Assembly: GCA_019115845.1 (NCBI GenBank)
Contig: DXCU01000004.1
Coordinates: 44,561 to 108,560, forward strand
Direction: 5' to 3'
From: Candidatus Rubneribacter avistercoris
Lineage (GTDB): Bacteria; Actinomycetota; Coriobacteriia; Coriobacteriales; Eggerthellaceae
DNA: 64,000 bases
The notes beneath the pieces were generated by a model that saw only the letters and a program-made list of their open reading frames with translations, did no database searches and was not told the origin of the DNA. The position numbers were made by a program, and so were the translations under genes. How positions within the stretch are numbered: the stretch's first letter is position 1; each line of letters begins with the position of its first letter. This document shows positions 53,556 through 62,889 of this stretch, piece after piece.

Positions 53556-54617
53556 GTGGCGAAGATACCCATGGAGCAATTCGATTACGGGAAGATCCTT
53601 CCCACCCTCATGATTCCCGAAATCGTCTCGTCACTCGGCGCCGTGCGCGAACACCGCGGAAAACAAAGGCTCTACACCGTCATCAAACCGGATGCTCTCA
53701 ATAGCCTTGAAAAGGTTGCAAGGATTCAAAGTACGGGCGCTTCCAACAGGATTGAGAATATCTCAACCTCAAACAAACGCCTGCACGAACTTATGAACGA
53801 CAAAACAGAGCCGCGCAACCGGGATGAGCGGGAGATTGCCGGCTATCGCTTTGTGCTCGATATGATTCACGAAAGACACGATGCCATCCCCGTCAAACCC
53901 AACACCATTCTTCAACTGCATCGTGACCTTTACCGGTTCAGCGACGCTTCCCATGCTGGCATGTGGAAGGACGCCGACAACGTTATTGCGGAGCGAAACG
54001 CTGACGGTACGCTTGTCGCCCGTTTTCGCCCGACAAGCGCCGCTGGCACCCCGTTCGCAATGGAGCGCCTATGCGCCGAATACAACGAGCAGATTGCGAA
54101 CGGCGTCTACGATCCAATTCTCGTTTCCCTCCTTTTCGCCTTCGACTTCGTCAGCATCCATCCCTTCAACGATGGTAACGGACGCATGAGCAGGCTGCTC
54201 ACATTGCTGCTTCTCTATCGCAACGGCTACACTGTGGGCAAATACATCTCTCTCGAAAAGGAAATCGAACAAACAAAATCAACTTATCATGAAGCTCTTG
54301 CGGCAAGCTCAATTGGCTGGCAGGACGGCAACAGCGACTACGCCCCTTTCGTAACCTACATGTTAGGAATCGTCATCGCCTGCTACAAGGAGCTTGACAA
54401 GCGTGTCCTTCAGCTATCCTCAAGCAGCAACGAAGAGACCCTGCGGACCTACTTCGAAAACATCATCGGTCCGGTTTCCAAACAAGAGATCATGGACGCC
54501 AACCCTTCCATGAGCCAGCGCACCGTTGAGCGCATGCTGCAAAAGTTGCAAGCCGAAGGCATGATTGAGAAAGTCGGCGCAGCACGGGCAACTGCGTACC
54601 GGAGGACGGACTCGTGA
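53556..54617 (+). CDS. Fic family protein (AMPylator-type) with an N-terminal autoinhibitory motif and a C-terminal wHTH
   Basis: The Fic motif HPFNDGNGRMSR is canonical HxFx(D/E)GNGRxxR. The N-terminal SNRIEN fits the inhibitory (S/T)xxxE(G/N) motif. The start is either GTG 53556 or ATG 53571. Confidence 0.9.
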   Translation: MAKIPMEQFDYGKILPTLMIPEIVSSLGAVREHRGKQRLYTVIKPDALNSLEKVARIQSTGASNRIENISTSNKRLHELMNDKTEPRNRDEREIAGYRFVLDMIHERHDAIPVKPNTILQLHRDLYRFSDASHAGMWKDADNVIAERNADGTLVARFRPTSAAGTPFAMERLCAEYNEQIANGVYDPILVSLLFAFDFVSIHPFNDGNGRMSRLLTLLLLYRNGYTVGKYISLEKEIEQTKSTYHEALAASSIGWQDGNSDYAPFVTYMLGIVIACYKELDKRVLQLSSSSNEETLRTYFENIIGPVSKQEIMDANPSMSQRTVERMLQKLQAEGMIEKVGAARATAYRRTDS

Positions 54618-54750
54618 CCCCATGCCGTTGTCGGCAGGATTATGGGTGCAAAGCGGACGACAAGAACCGGTGAGGGGCATCGGAGGCATCGGTTGAGAGG
54701 CACTTGCGCTGACATTCAACCACATTCAACCGGTGAGAGGCACTTGCGTC

Positions 54751-54796
54751 CCCCAGCGGTAAGGGATTTGAGATTTCGAATCCCTCACCGCTGGGG
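54751..54796. terminator. 18-bp-stem hairpin between the convergent Fic and DUF4143 genes
   Basis: ccccagcggtaagggatt-tgagatttcg-aatccctcaccgctgggg has one A/C mismatch and no T tract, so it may act as a bidirectional terminator. Confidence 0.4.
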
Positions 54797-54962
54797 ATGC
54801 CCCGGCATCACCAAGGCATCCCAAATGCATCCCCAACGCCCCGCATAACGTCCCGAAAGCCTCCAAGATCCTTCGACATTCGGCATAGAGAGCCTGGGGC
54901 ATTTCGCGCCCAGCAACCTCGAAGCCCGCACAAGCGTCAACGACCAGCAAAACCTGCGACCC

Positions 54963-56318
54963 TCACGCTCCAAGGGTCCGCACCGGCACCACCAACACCC
55001 CGTCATCGCGCTGAAAGGCAAGGGAGCCAATCCCTTCGACAACGGCAAGGAATGAGGGCTGGCGACCTCCCGCAGATACAATCTTCTTCTTAAGTTTGAG
55101 TAAATTCGCTGCAGCTGCATCCGCCTGGTTATGTCCCAACTTCACCTCAATGCCTGCCCACGCCCCATCGGATGCCTCAATGATGGCATCGACTTCAAGG
55201 CCCTCCTTGTCGCGATAAAAGAACACGTTTGCATCCATAGCTTCCGCATACACAAGCAAATCCCTCATGCAAAGAGATTCAAACAGAAACCCGAACGTAT
55301 TAAGATCGCCCACCAGCTTTGCGCTCGATGCTCCGAGGATGGCGGCGGGAAGAGAAGGGGCGACAAAGTGGTATTTCGGCTTCTTGTTGACGCGCAGGGA
55401 CGACTTAATGTTGGGCACCCATGTGGGAATCCTTTCAATGACAAACACTTTCTCCAACGCTTGAAGATAGTCGCCAACTGTTTCGGCTGAAAGGGGCGTG
55501 CTCGACGCGTCGGCAGTCATGTCGCGTATGAGCGTTTTGTCGGCTGTCGCCTGCTCCATGGTGCGCGCCAAAGAGTGCAAAAGACGGGAAACCTTTTCTG
55601 GATCGCGCTTTATCCCGTCAACGCGCGACAGATCGTCCGAAGCGAGCGTGCTCACGTAGTTGCGAGGCATGCGCTGAGCCAAGGGTTCAGCAGACTGAAG
55701 CGACCCCGGCCATCCACCTCGCACCACCAGATGAGCAAGTGCCCCAAGTGTTGTCTCGGGAGCCTTGCACAGGGGCGCAGACCCCCTCGAACAAGCCCCT
55801 GAGCGAGACTTCTGCAGTTGAATCGCCCGATTCTTGAAGGGTCACGGGACGCATTTTCAGCTTCTCAATACGACCGACGCCGCTGTGCCTAGGCTTGCTT
55901 TCACGAGGAACCGCCGATCCGGTCAAAACAAACGTGGACAATTTGCCGGTTTGGTCAATTTCGTTTCGCACTGCATCCCAAAGTTCGCCTACGTCCGACA
56001 GCGCGAACTCCAAGTTTGGTCAATTTCGTTTCGCACTGCATCCCAAAGCGAGGGAACTTCCTGCCACTCATCAATGAGCCGGGGTGACGCGCCTTGCAGG
56101 GCAACCGACGGCGCAAGCTCCGCCAACTCTCTATTTTGGAAACCGCCCGACGGATCAAGCAAGCTGATCTCGCTATTTGCAAAACTGCGCCCCGTCCACG
56201 TTTTTCCGCAGTACTTTGGCCCTTGAATGCATACGGCACCGAACACCTCCAAGTCCTCGGCGATACGCTTGTCAAGGAGTCGCGGAAGATAGCTCTTGTT
56301 TTTGAGTTGTCCATACAT
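54963..56318 (-). pseudogene. AAA+ ATPase with a DUF4143 C-terminal domain, disrupted by a 65-nt insertion and at least one further frameshift
   Basis: Three consecutive ORFs (55989..56318, 55687..56013, 54963..55727) together spell one protein. The first carries Walker A GPKYCGKT and ..RLIDEWQEVPSLWDAVRNEIDQT. The second reads ..LWDAVRNEIDQTGKLSTFVLTGSAVP... The third reads ..VRGGWPGSLQ...DAIIEASDGAWAGIEVKLG... Confidence 0.75.
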
Positions 56319-56537
56319 AAGAGGAAATACCTTGTCTACCAGCTTATTCGTTATTTTGGAGACATCTTAATATGCGTTTTGTCAAGAATTAACTCTTTAT
56401 TTTGTCGAAATTCTGCCCATCGTTTTGTCAAGTTGGGCTGATTGAGGTTGATTGATTACTTCCGGGTTCCTTTCGCCATCATCGACAAACGGTATACTGT
56501 TCGCAGCGCAACCCCTAACCAGAAAGCCGGAGCAACC

Positions 56538-57950
56538 GTGTCTGCAGAAACCATCGCACCCGTCATTGTCACGCTCGCCGTGTTCGCGGCGTTGCTCGCC
56601 GTCCTCAAACTGCTGAAAAATCGCGGGATGAACTTCACCCCGCGCGTGTTCATAGCGCTTGGTCTGGGCATTGCGCTGGGCGCGGGCATCCAGCTTGCCC
56701 TCGGCCTGGGAAGCGAAACTGCTACCACGGCGCTCGATTGGATGTCGCTTGTGGGCCAAGGTTACATCTCGCTTTTGAAGATGCTCGTGATGCCGCTTGT
56801 GTTCGTGGCCATCGTGGGCGCGTTCACCCGCACGGAGTCCACGAAGAACCTCGGGCGTATCGGCGCGGTGGTGCTGGCGGTGCTGCTGGGCACCGTGGCC
56901 GTGGCCGCGCTCGCTGGCTGGGCCTCGGCGGCCTTCACCGGCCTTGCCGGGGCCAGCTTCACCGACGCGAGCGTTGACGCCTCCAAGATGGACTCCCTCC
57001 AAACCCGCCAAGACCAGGTGTCCGACCTCACCATTCCCCAGGAGCTGCTCTCGTTCATCCCCACGAACATCTTCGCCGACCTGGCCGGCACGCGCGCCAC
57101 GTCCACCATCGCCGTGGTGGTGTTCTCGGCCATCGTGGGCATCGCCTACCTCAAGCTGCGCGACAAAGATTCCGACCAGGCGGCGTTTTTCAAGCAGCTC
57201 ATCGACAGCCTGTACGGCATCGTCATGCGCATCGTGTCGATGGTGCTGGGGCTGGCCCCGTACGGCGTGCTGGCGCTCATCGCCAACGTCATGGCCACAA
57301 GCGACTACAACGCCATCCTTGACCTGGGGAAATTCGTGTTAGTGTCCTACGCTGTCATCATCTTCATGTTCCTGGTGCACTGCCTTATCCTGGCGGCGAA
57401 CCGCGTGAGCCCCCTCACGTACCTGAAGAAGGCGTTTCCCGTGCTGAGCTTCGCGTTCGTGGCGCGCACGAGCGCCGGTGCGCTGCCGCTCAACATAGAA
57501 ACGCAGCGCCGCGCCCTGGGCGTGGACGCCGCCACGGCCAACTTCTCGGCCAGCTTTGGGCTGTCCATCGGGCAGAACGGATGCGCCGGCATCTACCCGG
57601 CCATGCTGGCCACCATCATCGCGCCCACAGTAGGGATCGACGTGTTCTCGCCCGCGTTCGTGGCGGGGCTTGTGGCCGTGGTGGTGATCAGCTCGTTCGG
57701 CGTGGCGGGCGTGGGCGGCGGCGCGACGTTCGCCTCGCTCATCGTGCTGGGCACCATGGGGCTGCCCATCGAGATAGTGGGGCTTTTGGCCTCGGTGGAG
57801 CCGCTCATCGACATGGGCCGCACCGCGCTCAACGTGAGTGACGCCATGGTGGCCGGCGTGACCGCATCGAACGCCGTGGGAAGCCTGGACCGCTCCGTGC
57901 TCAACGACCCCAACGCCCGCGTAAGCGCCGACGGGCAGCAGGATTTGTGA
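56538..57950 (+). CDS. dicarboxylate/amino acid:cation symporter (DAACS/SLC1 family; cystine/Ser-Thr-transporter-like)
   Basis: ORF 56442..57950. The probable GTG start at 56538 follows GGAG. Family blocks are present: ..YISLLKMLVMPLVFVAIV.., ..FVARTSAGALPLN.., ..SFGVAGVGGGATFA.., ..DMGRTALNVSDAMV.. Confidence 0.85.
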   Translation: MSAETIAPVIVTLAVFAALLAVLKLLKNRGMNFTPRVFIALGLGIALGAGIQLALGLGSETATTALDWMSLVGQGYISLLKMLVMPLVFVAIVGAFTRTESTKNLGRIGAVVLAVLLGTVAVAALAGWASAAFTGLAGASFTDASVDASKMDSLQTRQDQVSDLTIPQELLSFIPTNIFADLAGTRATSTIAVVVFSAIVGIAYLKLRDKDSDQAAFFKQLIDSLYGIVMRIVSMVLGLAPYGVLALIANVMATSDYNAILDLGKFVLVSYAVIIFMFLVHCLILAANRVSPLTYLKKAFPVLSFAFVARTSAGALPLNIETQRRALGVDAATANFSASFGLSIGQNGCAGIYPAMLATIIAPTVGIDVFSPAFVAGLVAVVVISSFGVAGVGGGATFASLIVLGTMGLPIEIVGLLASVEPLIDMGRTALNVSDAMVAGVTASNAVGSLDRSVLNDPNARVSADGQQDL

Positions 57951-58307
57951 GCCTCGCACGACAAGGGCCGCACAGAGACCACGGGCGCCCCGTCATCACG
58001 CCGAAAGACAAGGAGCCAATCCCCCTCGGCAAAACGGCAGAAAACGCTGGCTCGCTATCTCCTGCGGATACGGTGCGCGCCAACGAATGCGGAAACAAGG
58101 AGGCAGCGATCGTTTTTGAGTCGTCCGCGCATAAGGGCGAATAAGCGTTTTTGACTTGCTTGTTATCCGCGGTGACGCCTGTTGTCGCGGATATGGCTTT
58201 TCGAAAATCAAATGGGAGGAAGCGAGGAGTTCAGACAATAAACAATCCGATCATCGTTCAATTTCCCTGGTAGGTTGAATTTCAAAATACAACCTATCGC
58301 ATAAACG

Positions 58308-58553
58308 TCACAGGCCATCTTTCCAAGCACGCGCTTTCTCAGTAGTAAGCTTTTCGAAATTGGGCGCAGCTTCATTTGAACGCAATGCAAGAGGATTGCA
58401 CCAACCGTCAGCTTCGCACCATTCGCCGATACCGCATTCGTAGCGGATGGGCGTGCCGCTACACTCGCCGACAAAGGAAGATGTCTGCACGCCTACATCA
58501 TTTGCCGTGCGGCCGGAAGTCACTGAAGCGACCCCTATTTCCTTATTCTTCAT
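58308..58553 (-). CDS. possible 81-aa Cys-containing small protein (speculative)
   Basis: From the ATG at 58553: MKNKEIGVASVTSGRTANDVGVQTSSFVGECSGTPIRYECGIGEWCEADGWCNPLALRSNEAAPNFEKLTTEKARAWKDGL. It has four Cys in 26 residues, no signal peptide and no clear RBS. It lies in an AT-richer stretch, divergent from the DMT gene. Confidence 0.2.
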   Translation of the reverse strand: MKNKEIGVASVTSGRTANDVGVQTSSFVGECSGTPIRYECGIGEWCEADGWCNPLALRSNEAAPNFEKLTTEKARAWKDGL

Positions 58554-58570
58554 GAAAAGAGAGGAAGGGG

Positions 58571-59479
58571 TTGCAATTGAGCGCAAAGATCAAAGGCTCG
58601 ATACTTGTCTGCCTTGGCGGTGCTAGTTACGGAATCATGGCCTCGTTGTCGAAGCGAGCAATGGGCGAAGGATTCGCATGGAACGAGGTGGTCGCAGCAC
58701 AGCCAATTGGGGCGTGCGTGCTATACCTATGCGCACTTGCCACAGCAAAAGCACTGGGGCACCACTTTGTCTCCATCGAGTTGCGAAGCGCTGTTCGTCT
58801 AGGAGCAATGGGAGCATGCAGCATTCTCACAAGCGTGCTGTACAACGCTTCCCTAGCGCGTATCCCAGCCTCAATGGCTGTAGTTGTCCTATTCCAGTAC
58901 ACATGGATGGGAGTTTTATTTCAGACAATAGCCGAGAGGCGCCCTCCCAGCGTTACTCAAATAGCCTCGGCAGGACTTGCGGTACTAGGAAGCATTCTTG
59001 CAAGTGGCATGCTGTCCCAAACGAATTGGACGTTTGATCCTATTGGAATTGCACTTTGCTTTGCTGCGGCACTGTGCATGGCGGCGTTCATGCATGTATC
59101 GGGTCGCGTTGAGCCGGATGCAAACCCCCTCCAACGCGGAATTATCGCATGCATGGGAGCAACAATAATCGGAACGTTTGTCTGCCCCTCTATCTTAACC
59201 GGAGAAGCTTTGCAGAATGGCCTCTGGTCATATGGTCTTGCGTTGGGCGCTGCTGGCTTGTTTATGCCGATCCTTCTGTTTGGTTTTGCGACACCCCTCA
59301 TCCCAGCAGGCACGGCCACGGTTTTAGCATCGTCCGAGCTCCCTGTAGGGATTGCCGCCGCTGCCGTTTTGCTTGGCGAGCCAATCGACATGCCTATGGC
59401 CATCGGCGTTATCGTTGTCCTTGCAAGCGTTTTTATCTCGGCGGCAAGCGCGAACGCAAACGCAGACACGGTAAGTTGA
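58571..59479 (+). CDS. DMT-superfamily (EamA-like) transporter
   Basis: 302 aa with about 10 TM helices in two similar halves, a TTG start, and AT-richer composition. Confidence 0.8.
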   Translation: MQLSAKIKGSILVCLGGASYGIMASLSKRAMGEGFAWNEVVAAQPIGACVLYLCALATAKALGHHFVSIELRSAVRLGAMGACSILTSVLYNASLARIPASMAVVVLFQYTWMGVLFQTIAERRPPSVTQIASAGLAVLGSILASGMLSQTNWTFDPIGIALCFAAALCMAAFMHVSGRVEPDANPLQRGIIACMGATIIGTFVCPSILTGEALQNGLWSYGLALGAAGLFMPILLFGFATPLIPAGTATVLASSELPVGIAAAAVLLGEPIDMPMAIGVIVVLASVFISAASANANADTVS

Positions 59480-59660
59480 ATTTCTCTTAAGAGGAAAATG
59501 GCTTTTTCCCAACGCCCCGAAAACAAAAATTCCAAATCATGGCACAAATCAATAGAATGAGGTTTCTAGAATAGATCAAGAGCAACGCAAAGACTGCGAC
59601 TATCGGCTGCCCAACAGGACGATAAAACCGTTTGTTTTGCCGAGGCGCGCCCGCTGACCG

Positions 59661-59834
59661 TCATGTCCCGAGGGACGTGATGGGCACCACGCACACGCCG
59701 CTCGGCAGTCGTCTGGCGAACGGCGTGATGCCCACGAGCACCGCAAGAAACGACGGCTCGGGATTTCTTGCCGCAGGATTTGCGGCTATCTCGTCGCGCA
59801 GGCGCAGCAGGCTCTTTTCGACCTGGGGAATTCG
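59661..59834 (-). pseudogene. C-terminal remnant of a second DUF4143-type ATPase
   Basis: Own translation: RIPQVEKSLLRLRDEIAANPAARNPEPSFLAVLVGITPFARRLPSGVCVVPITSLGT*. This parallels the C-terminus of the pseudogene at 54963 (..NLLKLKKKIVSAGGRQPSFLAVVEGIGSLAFQRDDGVLVVPVRTLGA*). It is preceded by an in-frame stop. Confidence 0.4.
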
Positions 59835-60001
59835 TCAATGTGGGTTACGCTTCTCCCCTGGGCAAGGCTGGCTCATGTCTTACCACAGAACTTCGTGCCC
59901 GCAACCTCTACCGCACCGAACCCTTTAAGACGACGCACAACCATTCCATCGAGAAGGCGAGGACGGTATCCAAGGGGAACAAGGGGCATAATCAGCACCT
60001 T

Positions 60002-60060
60002 TCCCGTTTTCGAGCGTTAAATGATCCCGTTTTCGAGCGTTATGCAATCCCGTTTTCGAG
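60002..60060. repeat. three direct copies of tcccgttttcgag at 23-bp spacing, with an inverted partner
   Basis: tcccgttttcgagcgtta (60002), tcccgttttcgagcgtta (60025), and tcccgttttcgag (60048). The inverted gaaaacggga at 60072-60081 pairs with copy 3. Confidence 0.9.
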
Positions 60061-60141
60061 GGAACCAAACAGAAAACGGGAAACGGCAACGCGAAACGCG
60101 ATCTGGGACCCAGGCGTTGCCCAGCGAGCGCCGCCGTTCCC

Positions 60142-61023
60142 CTATTCCGCAAGCGTCAGCGTTACCGCAAGCTCGTCGCCCTCCCAATGCGCCGCCGCCT
60201 TCGCCCCCATCTTCTCGCAGAGGCTCGCCACAATGGAGAGTCCCAAGCCCGCCCCTTCCCCGTTGCGGGCGGCATCGGCTTTGTAGAAGCGATCGAACAG
60301 GCGCTCGGCATCGGGCGCGGTGCCTGCGGGCACCGCGTTGGCGAAGGAGAGGGTGCGCCCGCGCTGGATGATGCGCACGTCCCCCGCGCCGTGGCGCAGC
60401 GCGTTCGTCACCAGGTTGGCGAACACGCGCGCCAACGCGTCGGCGTCGGCGGTGGCAGAAAACTCCTCGTCGGCGAAATCGACCACGGGCGCCGTCCCGC
60501 GTTCCAGAAAGTCGGGGTAGGCCGCCGCCAGCACGTCCGCCAAAACCGGCAGCACCTCCACGCGTTCAAGCGTCAGCTCGGCGTCGGGGTCGGCGGCTTT
60601 CGCGTGGTCGAACAGGCGGTCGGTGAGCGTGCGCATGGCGGCAAGCCGCTCGCGCGCCTCCGCAACGCAGCGCGCGCGTTCAGCCTCGTCCTTGGTGCGC
60701 GCGTAGAGCTGCAAGTACCCCTGCGCGCCCGCCAGCGGCGTGCGGATGTCGTGCGAGAGCGCCGCCAAGTCCCGCCGAAACGTGCGCGCGTGCTCGACGG
60801 CGGCGGCGCTCGCCTCGCGCTGCGCATCCAGCGTGGCGTTCACCGCACGCGCCAGCGCGCGCGTGCCCGACGTGGCGAACTCCACGCCCGCGCGCTCGTT
60901 GCTCGCGGGGTCGCGCTCTTCCAAGAAGCGCGCCAGGCGGCGTAGCTCGCGCTCGTACAGCGCCACCGCTCCCGCCGCGCACGCAACGACAAGCACGAAC
61001 CCCGCAAGCAGCAACTCGAACAT
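60142..61023 (-). CDS. sensor histidine kinase, paralogue of 49603..50517
   Basis: Start MFELLLAGFVLVVACAAGAVALYE at 61023. H-box LSHDIRTPL, N-box NLVTNALRHG, and GAGLGLSI are present. The ORF track entry 60142..61578 is extended by an upstream shadow. Confidence 0.85.
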   Translation of the reverse strand: MFELLLAGFVLVVACAAGAVALYERELRRLARFLEERDPASNERAGVEFATSGTRALARAVNATLDAQREASAAAVEHARTFRRDLAALSHDIRTPLAGAQGYLQLYARTKDEAERARCVAEARERLAAMRTLTDRLFDHAKAADPDAELTLERVEVLPVLADVLAAAYPDFLERGTAPVVDFADEEFSATADADALARVFANLVTNALRHGAGDVRIIQRGRTLSFANAVPAGTAPDAERLFDRFYKADAARNGEGAGLGLSIVASLCEKMGAKAAAHWEGDELAVTLTLAE

Positions 61024-61025
61024 GG

Positions 61026-61778
61026 CTACAGCTTCCTTCTCCTCATGACCAGCGCAACCAACGCGCTGGCGCATACGAACACGATGGCGCCCTCCATGCA
61101 GCCTCCCCACGGCAAAGGACCGTCCTGCAAGGCACTCATATCGGCGATTGGCATATGCTCGTACAGCTCCGTTGCCGCGCTGGGGCTCAGCGCCAGCGAG
61201 CACAAGCCCAAAAGCACGTGCTCCACGGCACCGCCCACCAGCAGAATCGCCGCCAGAATGCCCACCGTCTCGCTGCGGGTTATCGTTATCGCAAGCGTTG
61301 CCGCGGCAACGTAGCCGGAAAGCGTCACCGCCATCTGCGCCACCCAGCGCACGGCGTCCAACGGATTGGTGGGCGCCATGTCGTAGCCTGCCAGGCGAAA
61401 GCCCACATCGGACACAGCGTATGCGAAAATCGCGAACGCTGCCGAAACGATAAGCGTGGTCGTCGCCGCAGCCAGCGCCCACGACATCCTGCCGCCGCGC
61501 GCCTGCAGGTAGTTTTTGACGGCACCCGTCTTGAAGTCGGCGGAGAAGAGGGCGGCAAGCGCGATGCCGCACCACCATGGCAGCAGGGTGCCCGAGGTCA
61601 TGCCGATAAAGTGGAACACGCTCAATCCCGGCGGCGCGTAAATGACCACGATGTTGAGCGGAAACACCTTGGAAAGCCCTGCGAACAGAGGGAAGAACAT
61701 CACAAGCGCTGCGGACATGAGAGAGATGACCACGAACGCGGGTTCTTTGCGCGCGCGGAACAGCATGAGGCGGACCAT
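61026..61778 (-). CDS. ABC-2-type transporter permease, counterpart of 50523..51449
   Basis: The likely start is MVRLMLFRARKEPAFVVISLM at 61778, adjacent to the ATPase stop. It has about 6 TM helices. Confidence 0.65.
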   Translation of the reverse strand: MVRLMLFRARKEPAFVVISLMSAALVMFFPLFAGLSKVFPLNIVVIYAPPGLSVFHFIGMTSGTLLPWWCGIALAALFSADFKTGAVKNYLQARGGRMSWALAAATTTLIVSAAFAIFAYAVSDVGFRLAGYDMAPTNPLDAVRWVAQMAVTLSGYVAAATLAITITRSETVGILAAILLVGGAVEHVLLGLCSLALSPSAATELYEHMPIADMSALQDGPLPWGGCMEGAIVFVCASALVALVMRRRKL

Positions 61779-61779
61779 G

Positions 61780-62751
61780 CTAAGCACGGCGACCACCCCC
61801 TCTCGCGGCGCTGCGGCGGGCGGGCGCGGCGGGCGCGGCGGCGCTTTCGGCATCGCTTCCCATGAGCGCCACGAAGTACTCCTCTATGTCGCGCTCGTGC
61901 ACGAACAGCTCCTCCACGACGATGCCCCGCTGCGCAAGCACCCGCCCCACCTCCTGCGGCGCGGCACCGCCCGAAACATGCAGCGCGTTGTCGGGCATGA
62001 CGGTGAACGACGCCTGCGGAAACGCGGTTTGCAGCACCGAAAGCGCCAGCTCCGCGTCGGCGCAGCGCACGCTCAGGTAGTCGGCGCATTCCGCCTCCAC
62101 TTCGGCTGCGGTCACCTCGCGCACAAGGCGTCCCTCGCGGATGACGCCGTAGCGCGTGGCCATGCGCTCCAGCTGGTCCAGCACGTGCGAGCTGATGAAC
62201 ACCGTGACGCCGCGCACCTCCGCCAGCCGCACGATGAGGTTGCGCACCTCGCGCACCACCTGCGGATCAAGCCCGTTGAACGGCTCGTCCAGCATGAGGA
62301 TGTCGGGCGAGCCCACCAACGCCATCGCCAGCCCCAGGCGCTGCTTCATGCCCAGCGAGTACTTCTTCGCCTTCTTGCGGGCAACGTCTGCAAGCCCCAC
62401 CTGCTCCAACGCCTGCGCCGAGGCGGCCTTCGCGTCGGGCAGCCCCAGCGACAGGGCGCGGCAGCGCACGTTGTCCAACCCGGTGAGGCTGGGATAGAAG
62501 CCCGGCTCCTCGATGACGGCACCGATGCGGCGGCTGGTGGTGCCGGGCGCGAACTGCTCGCCGAAGATGCGCACGGTGCCCGCCGTCTGCGGCACCAGCC
62601 CGCAGATCATCTTCATGACCGTGGATTTTCCCGACCCGTTGCGCCCTACGAACCCGTAGATGTCGCCTTGTCGCACGGTGAGCGTCAAGTCGTCCACGGC
62701 GCGCTTGGCGCCGAACGTGCGCGTGAGGCCCGCTGTTGCAATGGCGTCCAT
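61780..62751 (-). CDS. ABC transporter ATP-binding protein, paralogue of 51442..52410
   Basis: Start MDAIATAGLTRTFGAKRAV at 62751. Walker A GRNGSGKST, signature YSLGMKQRLGLA, and Walker B LMLDEPFNGLDP are present. Confidence 0.9.
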   Translation of the reverse strand: MDAIATAGLTRTFGAKRAVDDLTLTVRQGDIYGFVGRNGSGKSTVMKMICGLVPQTAGTVRIFGEQFAPGTTSRRIGAVIEEPGFYPSLTGLDNVRCRALSLGLPDAKAASAQALEQVGLADVARKKAKKYSLGMKQRLGLAMALVGSPDILMLDEPFNGLDPQVVREVRNLIVRLAEVRGVTVFISSHVLDQLERMATRYGVIREGRLVREVTAAEVEAECADYLSVRCADAELALSVLQTAFPQASFTVMPDNALHVSGGAAPQEVGRVLAQRGIVVEELFVHERDIEEYFVALMGSDAESAAAPAAPARRSAARGGGRRA

Positions 62752-62889
62752 AGTGCTCCTTCCTGCTTCGGTTGACGCTTCCACCTTAACGACGTGACTT
62801 CCGGAAACCTTCTGCAAAGTTACAAGAAAACGACAAGATGAGGAAGGGGGCGAGGTGACGTCGCGCAGCGACGGGGCAAGAGCGCTTTG

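Noticed and set aside
54770-54796. TTCGAATCC-containing string considered as a tRNA gene.
   Set aside because: The 5' T-stem, anticodon arm and D-arm cannot be built. It is the right arm of a simple long hairpin and at most a tRNA-derived fragment.
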